Assembly: GCA_035656635.1 (NCBI GenBank)
Contig: DASRSD010000039.1
Span: 2,083-66,082, forward strand
Origin: Pirellulales bacterium
Lineage (GTDB): Bacteria > Planctomycetota > Planctomycetia > Pirellulales > JADZDJ01
Reading direction: 5' to 3'
Length of the DNA stretch: 64,000 nucleotides
Positions 19,080 through 25,399 of the stretch are shown in pieces. Under the pieces are notes generated by a model. The model was not told where the DNA came from, made no database searches, and saw only the letters and a program-made list of their open reading frames with translations. The translations under genes were made by a program, and so were the position numbers. Numbering within the stretch: the first letter of the stretch is position 1; every line of letters starts with the position of its first letter.

Positions 19080-19094
19080 TAAAGCCTTGCGTGC

Positions 19095-20360
19095 TCACTT
19101 GCCGGCTTGTTTACGGGCAGTCAGTTTGTGGGAAATTTGATCCAGCAGCATGGCCACCTGCTCGTGAAGTTCCGAGGTTTGGTTGACTACGAGCAAGCCC
19201 TTGTAATAAGCAATGCTGCCCGGGCCACCCTGCTCGCTCCAACTTGGGGGCGCTGTCGACGAGGTAATAATGTCGATGAGCTCGTCGGCTGGGCTATCCA
19301 AATGTGCGGGGTTGGAAGTTCCTCCACCGATGCCTTTGCCCACTTCCCCGGCTGGTCCGCCAAGTCCCCCGCCGCCACCGGTACCAGCTGCTTTAGTGTC
19401 GGCTGCACTTGCTTTGGCGTCGGGCTTGGCAGTGCCTGAAGCTCCACCCATGCCACCGCCAATGCCTCCACCTTCGCCAACGTCGAATGCTCCGCTGCCG
19501 CGAACTTCAGCGCGCGGAACAGAAACTCTAGGAAGCGGGTCGGACGCAGATAAAATGTCTTGGCAATCGTACACACGGGTTGTCAGTGTGGTGTCGGCTT
19601 TTTCCCGCGTGGTGATGCTAATGATGCCATCGCTGATCGTATAGCTCAAATTCTTCTCTCGCAGGATCAGATCGAGAAATGTCTTCAGTCGAACATGGTG
19701 CAAACTCATGGTTACCTGGATCGTGGTTGGATCGAGTCCCGCATCTTTCAAGGCAACCGAATCAAAAACAATTTGCAATTTGGCGAAGTCTGCCAGGTAA
19801 TCGGCCACGTCCGTTAAGGGTATACCGTCAAATTCAAAGTGACCGAATTGGCTGAGCACGTCTTCGGTTTGGGCATTCAACCGATCCGGCGATTCTCCCG
19901 GCACCGGGCCGCTTGGCGTGAAGTTTTTGTGTACTGCGTCCGCCGCTGGCGAATCGGCGGCCACGGTTTTTACAGGATCCACGGCGAATGGATCGGGATT
20001 CGGATCGGCCACCGCCCTGGGCATGAGCTTGCCGGCATGATTGTCCGGCCAAACGGCCAAGGCGATGATGAGTGCGGCGGCTAAACCGACGATGGAGGCG
20101 AGTGTGCAGCGCATGAGAATTCTCCTGTTCCGGGTTTGGGTGATCTTACTGAACTGGGTCGCCAGGCCGGCGGCGTCGCCAAATTCTTCCAGGGCCATTT
20201 GCACGGCCTGGGCCTGTGAAAATCCGCCGCCCATCAGTTCCGCCAAGCGCGATTCGAAATGATCGCGCAATTCTTCGCCGATGGCTTCTCGCTGCTTGGA
20301 ATTGAGCCGTAGCAAGCGGCCGATCAGCGTCAGGTAGTTTTCAAATTCACGATCGGACAT
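19095..20360 (-). CDS. membrane protein: DUF1700/HAAS-like cytoplasmic head, one TM helix, periplasmic secretin-N/STN-like domain and Gly-rich region
   Basis: The N-terminal ~110 aa are nearly identical to the upstream paralogue. TM helix LASIVGLAAALIIALAV. Periplasmic FDGIPLTDVADYL..VTMSLHHVRLKTFLDLILREKNLSYTISDGIISITT, then a GGGIGGGMGG stretch and PPSWSEQGGPGSIAYYKGLLVVNQT. Confidence 0.7.
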   Translation of the reverse strand: MSDREFENYLTLIGRLLRLNSKQREAIGEELRDHFESRLAELMGGGFSQAQAVQMALEEFGDAAGLATQFSKITQTRNRRILMRCTLASIVGLAAALIIALAVWPDNHAGKLMPRAVADPNPDPFAVDPVKTVAADSPAADAVHKNFTPSGPVPGESPDRLNAQTEDVLSQFGHFEFDGIPLTDVADYLADFAKLQIVFDSVALKDAGLDPTTIQVTMSLHHVRLKTFLDLILREKNLSYTISDGIISITTREKADTTLTTRVYDCQDILSASDPLPRVSVPRAEVRGSGAFDVGEGGGIGGGMGGASGTAKPDAKASAADTKAAGTGGGGGLGGPAGEVGKGIGGGTSNPAHLDSPADELIDIITSSTAPPSWSEQGGPGSIAYYKGLLVVNQTSELHEQVAMLLDQISHKLTARKQAGK

Positions 20361-20420
20361 GGGACGGTAAATGACGAATGACGAATAATTGATGAGCGAT
20401 AAAACGTTTAGCCGCGACCC
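20010..20420 (-). repeat. copy B of a ~0.4-kb direct duplication (leader plus first ~115 codons); boundaries approximate
   Basis: Aligns with 21320..21745. The first 44 codons give identical protein, and the shared leader is ...GCGGCTAAACGTTTTATC.C.CATCAATTATTCG.... Confidence 0.7.
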
Positions 20421-20499
20421 GATAGGAGCGAGTGATCATGGGGAATGGGGATCGAGGATTGATTGAGTGATGAACGTCGACGGCGAGTGAATGCAGCCC

Positions 20500-21669
20500 T
20501 TATTTTGCAGTCTCACCTTGGGGAAGCACGTCGGCGGAAATCAGGATTTGATAAGAGCCCGCGCTCTCGTCGGGCATACTTTCCACTCCGGTCAGGTTCA
20601 CGATATCTCCGCGTGCGATACGGATTGTCGACTGTCCGAGGATCGCGATATTGGTTGGCGCCGGCAGTTCCGACCGTTCAGCCGCCTTCAATCCAGGTCC
20701 GACCGCGCCATCTTTTACTTGCGCAACTGCTGTCGATTTTTCCGCATCTAAACTCATAATGATGACGTTGCCGGAACTGACACGTGCCTGCACTTGAATG
20801 GTCGTGCCAATACTCTCATGGGTGGTGGTCGATGTTCGGTTCGAATTTACGGTGGTTGGGTTGGCAATGCCAGGCCTGCGTTCTCCTTGTTCTGCAAACG
20901 CAGGCTGATTGTCCGAGCACGTCAATTGGAAGTGATTTGTAACGGCCGCTTTTCCTTCTCTCTCCAACTGAAGTAATTGGTTAAGGACTGCGGTGCGCCG
21001 ACCTGCTTGTAAAAACTCCGTTTCCGGCTGCAATTTGACGAACCAGACATCGACGGCAATTGAAGGGTAAGGGCTATCTATTTCCGCGATCAGGTTCGAA
21101 ATTTCTTTGAGCGTCTCCGGCGGCGCAGAAACGAGCAAGCTGTTGGAAGTAGGTTCAGCAACCACCAAAGCTCCCGTGCCATCGCCGGGGGGATACGCTT
21201 TCGTGAGCGTGCCGGCGATATTGGAGCAGAACACGTTTTGAAGCCGAAAGAGATGTCTTTGCTGTTGGTTCTCGCTCCGTTGAGCAGCCGACGTTTGCGG
21301 CTTCTCGAGCGATTGGGCCTCTGCTCGGTCGATCATTTTGGGAGCATGATTATCGGGCCACACTGCCAACGCCAAAAATACCGCCGCCGCTAAGCCGAGG
21401 ACTGATGCAATTGTGCAGCGCATGAGAATTCTCCTTTTCCGGGTTTGGGAAATTTTGCTGAACTGCGTCGCCAGGCCGGCGGCATCGCCGAATTCTTCCA
21501 AGGCAATTTGCACAGCCCGCTCGTGCGTAAAACCGCTACCCATCAGTTCCGCCAGGCGCGATTCGAAATGATCGCGCAATTCCTCGCCAATGGCTTCCCG
21601 CTGCTTGGAATTGAGCCGCAGCAAACGGCCGATCAGCGTCAAGTAATTTTCAAATTCGCGGTCGGACAT
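20500..21669 (-). CDS. membrane protein: DUF1700/HAAS-like head, one TM helix, periplasmic secretin-N-like domain
   Basis: MSDREFENYLTLIGRLLRLNSKQREAIGEELRDHFESRLAELM..EEFGDAAGLATQF. TM helix IASVLGLAAAVFLALAV. Periplasmic LFRLQNVFCSNIAGTLTKAY..ALVVAEPTSNSLLVSAPPETLKEISNLIAEID resembles GspD-type secretin N domains. Confidence 0.7.
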   Translation of the reverse strand: MSDREFENYLTLIGRLLRLNSKQREAIGEELRDHFESRLAELMGSGFTHERAVQIALEEFGDAAGLATQFSKISQTRKRRILMRCTIASVLGLAAAVFLALAVWPDNHAPKMIDRAEAQSLEKPQTSAAQRSENQQQRHLFRLQNVFCSNIAGTLTKAYPPGDGTGALVVAEPTSNSLLVSAPPETLKEISNLIAEIDSPYPSIAVDVWFVKLQPETEFLQAGRRTAVLNQLLQLEREGKAAVTNHFQLTCSDNQPAFAEQGERRPGIANPTTVNSNRTSTTTHESIGTTIQVQARVSSGNVIIMSLDAEKSTAVAQVKDGAVGPGLKAAERSELPAPTNIAILGQSTIRIARGDIVNLTGVESMPDESAGSYQILISADVLPQGETAK

Positions 21670-21745
21670 GGGGGAACATTAAATGACGAATGACGAATGT
21701 CGAATGTCGAATAATTGATGCGTGATAAAACGTTTAGCCGCGAGG
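21320..21745 (-). repeat. copy A of the ~0.4-kb direct duplication; boundaries approximate
   Basis: See 20010..20420. This copy carries four heptads (ATGACGA x2, ATGTCGA x2 on the + strand, 21683-21710) against two in copy B (20371-20384). Confidence 0.7.
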
Positions 21746-21783
21746 CGCAGTCCGCGGAGCGGAGCGCTTTGTCAGTTGAACGG

Positions 21784-22155
21784 TTATGTTGATTCCGTCG
21801 CCATGCCCGAGCGGGCAATGACCGACATCGAAGGAAGTAATTGTTTCAAGCACGCCACGTAACTGTGCCACTCGCTGGCTTGCTGATGCATCCGGCGGTG
21901 ACCGGCGGCGGTTAGCTCGTACCATTTGCGGCCACGGCCGGTGGACCGTTCCCACCGGCTGCGGATCAGCTTGTCCGATTCCAAGCGGTGCAACAGCGGA
22001 TACAGCGTGCCGGCCTGCAATTGGACCGCCTGATTGCTGGCATCGGCCAATCGTTTTTGAATCGAGTAACCGTACATCGCCTCGTCGGCGAGGACCGACA
22101 GAATCATCAAATCCAAACTTCCGCGTAACAATTCGCTGCTGAGTTTACCGGCCAT
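21784..22155 (-). CDS. PadR family transcriptional regulator
   Basis: LRGSLDLMILSVLADEAMYGYSIQKRL......LQAGTLYPLLHRLESDKLIRSRWE....GRGRKWYELTAAG is the PadR wHTH signature. The start is set at ATG 22155, with GGAG 9 nt upstream. The longest ORF (22230) would translate the hairpin array. Confidence 0.88.
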   Translation of the reverse strand: MAGKLSSELLRGSLDLMILSVLADEAMYGYSIQKRLADASNQAVQLQAGTLYPLLHRLESDKLIRSRWERSTGRGRKWYELTAAGHRRMHQQASEWHSYVACLKQLLPSMSVIARSGMATEST

Positions 22156-22176
22156 GGTGAGGGGCTCCGTGTATGG

Positions 22177-22338
22177 CTGTCTCTGGCGAGACAGGTGCGA
22201 GTCTCGGAGAGACTTTACGTGGCGCTTCACGTAGCCGCGTTTCTCCGAAACGCGACCGCGAGTCTCGGAGAGACTCGCCTACGTGAATAGCCTACGTGAA
22301 TAGGTTGTAACCCGATATATAGCGAATCTATATATCGG
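22177..22338. promoter_or_regulatory. array of five short hairpins, TACGTG boxes and an 11-bp-arm palindrome upstream of padR
   Basis: Hairpins: 22177-22194 CTGTCTC-TGGC-GAGACAG; 22199-22214 GAGTCTC-GGA-GAGACT; 22216-22233 TACGTG-N6-CACGTA; 22237-22253 GCGTTTC-TCC-GAAACGC; 22258-22278 GCGAGTCTC-GGA-GAGACTCGC. Direct repeat CTACGTGAATAG x2 at 22279-22303. Palindrome CCGATATATAG-N5-CTATATATCGG at 22312-22338. Confidence 0.4.
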
Positions 22339-22544
22339 TGTCAAGCGTTGGGCGCGGATTTTTTTGGGGGAGTGAAAAACGCATGGGAGCGCAATCCTCC
22401 GGTAGAACCGGGGGGCTATTGGGGCGTAACGAATCGCCTGCGCTAACGCAATTCGCGGGGAGAGCCCGGGGCTAATGAGCCGGCGATTCGGGGCGTTGAC
22501 GGCGGTGATGCGTTGCCGGAAAATCGTGGTTCGCGGCTGGCATA

Positions 22545-22570
22545 ACCCGACGCACAGAATCGCGCTACAT
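22545..22570. repeat. decayed REP copy
   Basis: acccgacGcacagaAtcgCgctaCat compared with the canonical acccgactcacagagtcgggctatgt, with about 4 mismatches that break the stem. Confidence 0.4.
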
Positions 22571-22610
22571 AAGAAAATGGTCGTCAAACATCCACAAACG
22601 AGGTGCTGAT

Positions 22611-22979
22611 ATGTCGCAAAACACGATCTGCTGGACCGATATTCCGGTGACGAATTTGGACCGGGCCATCAAGTTTTATTCCGCCGTGCTGAAAGGGGAA
22701 GTTAAAAAAGAATCGTTTGGTGAGATGAGTTTTGCTTTGTTGCCGCATTACGAAAGCAATGTTTCCGGCTGTCTCGTGGTGATGAACGACACCCAGCCTT
22801 CGCAGAGTGGCCCGCTGGTGTATTTCAGTGTCGAAGGGCGATTGGATGATGCCATCGTGCAAGTGCGCGAACATGGCGGAAAGATATTGCAAGAGAAACA
22901 TCAGATTGGCCCACATGGATTTCGGGCAATCATTGTCGATTGCGAAGGCAACCGCATCGCGCTGCATTCGCAGAAGTGA
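22611..22979 (+). CDS. VOC (glyoxalase/bleomycin-resistance/dioxygenase) family protein
   Basis: 122 aa. ICWTDIPVTNLDRAIKFYSAVLKGEV...GPLVYFSV..LDDAIVQVREHGGKILQEK..IGPHGFRAIIVDCEGNRIALHS is a typical single-module VOC fold pattern. Confidence 0.82.
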   Translation: MSQNTICWTDIPVTNLDRAIKFYSAVLKGEVKKESFGEMSFALLPHYESNVSGCLVVMNDTQPSQSGPLVYFSVEGRLDDAIVQVREHGGKILQEKHQIGPHGFRAIIVDCEGNRIALHSQK

Positions 22980-23005
22980 TGGATGGCGCTCGGCAACGTA
23001 TCGCT

Positions 23006-23082
23006 TATATAGTCCGACTCTGTGAGTCGGGTCGTTTGAAATGGAATCGTAAAATATCCGACTCACAGAGTCGGGCTATATA
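23006..23082. repeat. REPIN (inverted REP doublet) 5' of the RAYT gene
   Basis: tatatagtCCGACTCtgtGAGTCGGgt - 23-nt spacer - atCCGACTCacaGAGTCGGgctatata. Each arm is an 8-bp-stem, 3-nt-loop hairpin, and the two arms are inverted copies. Confidence 0.8.
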
Positions 23083-23106
23083 AAAGTTGGAATATAAAGG
23101 GAGCGA

Positions 23107-23634
23107 ATGGGCAGCACATTGGCGATCCATTGGACGGTGACCACACATGGAACGTGGTTGCATGGCGATCCAAAAGGATCTTGGAAGAATGGCACATTAA
23201 TGGGCCCAGATCCTTTATTGCGGCAAGCCGCCTCCGAAAACATGACGAATGAGGCGGAAACATTGTCCCAGCCAGAAATCGAGTTAGCCGCCGAAGCGTT
23301 CGGACGAGTTTGCCAAAAGGGAGGGCATCAGGTGTTGGCAGCGACCATTCGACCCATTCATGCACATTTAGTGTTAGGTCGCATTGCAAGCCCGGCGGAA
23401 AAAGTAATTTGGTGGCTCAAAAGGCAGAGTGCCGCAGCAGTGTTTGACTCACGCCGCAGTCAGGGACGCCCTACTCCGCGGCATTTGTGGACCAATCGCC
23501 GATTCGTGGTGTTTATTTATGACGAGCGGCACTTGGCCAATACAATTAAGTACGTTCAGCGCCACAATATTGAAGCAGGATTGTCGGCAAATCCGTATTC
23601 GTGGATTGACCCGCTTAATCGCAATGATACATAG
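23107..23634 (+). CDS. REP-associated tyrosine transposase (RAYT; IS200-like Y1 HUH family)
   Basis: 175 aa. N-terminal IHWTVTTHGTWLHGDPKGSW, HUH motif in IRPIHAHLVLG, and a catalytic-Tyr region NTIKYVQRHNIEAGL. Flanked on both sides by REPINs, and the stop codon TAG (23632-23634) lies inside a REP sequence. Confidence 0.75.
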   Translation: MGSTLAIHWTVTTHGTWLHGDPKGSWKNGTLMGPDPLLRQAASENMTNEAETLSQPEIELAAEAFGRVCQKGGHQVLAATIRPIHAHLVLGRIASPAEKVIWWLKRQSAAAVFDSRRSQGRPTPRHLWTNRRFVVFIYDERHLANTIKYVQRHNIEAGLSANPYSWIDPLNRNDT

Positions 23635-23753
23635 CCCGACTGTATATAGCCCGACTCTGTGAGTCGGGTCGTTTGAAATGGAATCGCAGAATACCCGACT
23701 CACAGAGTCGGGCTATGTACCAGGGCACCCAACTCACAGAGTCGGGCTATGTA
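23631..23753. repeat. REP cluster 3' of the RAYT gene (partial REP + REPIN + extra half-site)
   Basis: atagcccgactg (partial) at 23631-23642. REPIN at 23643-23719, with the same spacer family gtcgtttgaaatggaatcg as the left REPIN. An extra arm cccaactcacagagtcgggctatgta at 23728-23753. Confidence 0.8.
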
Positions 23754-23768
23754 TGGCGGGGCGAATGA

Positions 23769-25031
23769 TTACGCTTGGCCGGCCATGGCTTCGGCGAGGA
23801 TTTTGGACGTGCTGGGGCGCATGATGCGCGGATCGACCTGTTCGCCCTTGAGCAGCATGTTGCGCACGTCTTTGCCGGAGATGAACACCGGCTTTTCTTC
23901 CTTGTGGCTGTCCATCAGGTCGACGCGGCCGACCGAATCGTAATAGGCGGCGAAGCCCACTTTCACCGGCTTGATTTTCAGGTCGCCTTTCAGCTTGCCG
24001 AACATTTCCTGGGCGTCGAAATCTCCCCAGATGGGCTTGCCATCGTGATAGGGCGCATCGGCGTGCTTGCGGCCAATGACGATATCGGTGAATCCCAAGT
24101 TCTGGCGGTAAATGGCGTGCATGATGGCTTCTTTCGGGCCGCCGTAAAACATTTTGATGTCCATGCCCAGCAGCAGGACGCGGTCGGGAACGCTTTCGTT
24201 GCGCGGTCCCCACAGGGATTGGTCGCTATCGCCCTCGCCCAGGCCGCGCTTGTCGATCAGCGCTTCGTACGTTTTCATGCGGACATCGGCTTTGACATCG
24301 TCCCCCTTGGTTTCGCCAACGAGCGGATTGAGCACCGCGCCGGCGTTATGGCCATCGCGCAGCAATTTCTCCAGGCCGTACACCAGAGCGTATTCGTGGG
24401 CCCGATGCAGCGGATTGCGGGTTTGAAACGCCACTACGCGGTTCCATCCCTTGGTGGCCAGCAGCTTGCGGACTTCCTTCGGAGACAACACGTACTTGCC
24501 AAACGCCGGATTTTTGGGTTGTGGCAACACGCGGAGTTTGCCGCCCAGCAAATGCGTTTTGTCGGCATCGCCCTTCAGTACCATGTCGGCGCCGGGATGA
24601 TCGGTGCGATCGGTGAGATAAACCGATTTGATGTACCGCGGCTTGTCCCACTCGAAGATGTCGGTAATATCGAGCGTGGCCACCGTGTCGCCGGTCGAAT
24701 TGGTGAGCGCGACCTTTTGCCCTTTTTTCAGTGTGGCCGCCAACTCCTTGGTGACCGGCAGCGAAAGCGGAATGGTCCAGGCATACAGCTTGCCATTGTG
24801 CTCGATCACGGATTCGTCCAGCACACGGTAGAACGTGGCGGAATCCATGGGGCCGGTGGTCGGGCTGAGCGTGCCATCTCCCCAGCGGTAAATGGTGGAC
24901 AAATCGGCATCGGAAACCGGCACTTTGGGCAGCTTCGCGGCATCGGCCTTGAACGAGGCAACCTCGTCGGCAGCAACGGTGAGATTTACAGGTTCGGTCA
25001 ATCCGCCATGGGGAGGAATTAATTCGGGCAT
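23769..25031 (-). CDS. sat: sulfate adenylyltransferase (ATP sulfurylase)
   Basis: [33 protein letters not shown], and the [21 protein letters not shown] motifs of homo-oligomeric Sat. Confidence 0.93.
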   Translation of the reverse strand: MPELIPPHGGLTEPVNLTVAADEVASFKADAAKLPKVPVSDADLSTIYRWGDGTLSPTTGPMDSATFYRVLDESVIEHNGKLYAWTIPLSLPVTKELAATLKKGQKVALTNSTGDTVATLDITDIFEWDKPRYIKSVYLTDRTDHPGADMVLKGDADKTHLLGGKLRVLPQPKNPAFGKYVLSPKEVRKLLATKGWNRVVAFQTRNPLHRAHEYALVYGLEKLLRDGHNAGAVLNPLVGETKGDDVKADVRMKTYEALIDKRGLGEGDSDQSLWGPRNESVPDRVLLLGMDIKMFYGGPKEAIMHAIYRQNLGFTDIVIGRKHADAPYHDGKPIWGDFDAQEMFGKLKGDLKIKPVKVGFAAYYDSVGRVDLMDSHKEEKPVFISGKDVRNMLLKGEQVDPRIMRPSTSKILAEAMAGQA

Positions 25032-25150
25032 GGTTGGTTGTTCCTTCGAGTGTGGGACTGGTGGGTTTTCTTAGGTGTGAAGCCCATCAGTATAGAAATG
25101 TTGGCCGAACGCGCAAAGACGTGCTCGCGACGGTTGTCCGACGATTACAC

Positions 25151-25223
25151 ATAGCCCGACTGTGTCAGTCGGGCTTGGGCACATATTGATCGAGGGAATA
25201 CCCGACTCACAGAGTCGGGCTAT
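25151..25223. repeat. REPIN variant between sat and the DUF11 gene
   Basis: Arm 1 atagCCCGACTGtgtCAGTCGGGct (25151-25175). Arm 2 aataCCCGACTCacaGAGTCGGGctat (25197-25223). The spacer differs from the RAYT-flanking REPINs. Confidence 0.72.
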
Positions 25224-25399
25224 TTGCAAATGGCTCGCGGCAAAACACCGCAATTTGCCTCAATTTCCACATCAAATTGACCTGTGTTAAACGCGGCGTT
25301 TCTGGTACTTACCGGCTGGCAAAATTGCCATTTTTCAGGGGTTCCCGCGCGCCGGGAACTCCCTTGGTTATTGCTTGTTCCCCAGCAAGGAAGCTGATT

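Noticed and set aside
18793-19098. 101-aa minus ORF with repeated TPGLRPGV/SPGLRPGV peptides.
   Set aside because: The peptide repeats are the translation of the GC tri-loop hairpins, so this is a nucleotide-level repeat and not a protein repeat.
22279-23066. ORFs 22279..22587 and 22584..23066 on the minus strand.
   Set aside because: The first translates the hairpin/operator array and GC repeats. The second is antisense to the VOC gene and ends inside a REP element.
23775-25022. 415-aa plus-strand ORF.
   Set aside because: It is an exact antisense shadow of sat, whose motifs ([18 protein letters not shown]) are unambiguous. The plus-frame product has no recognisable motifs.
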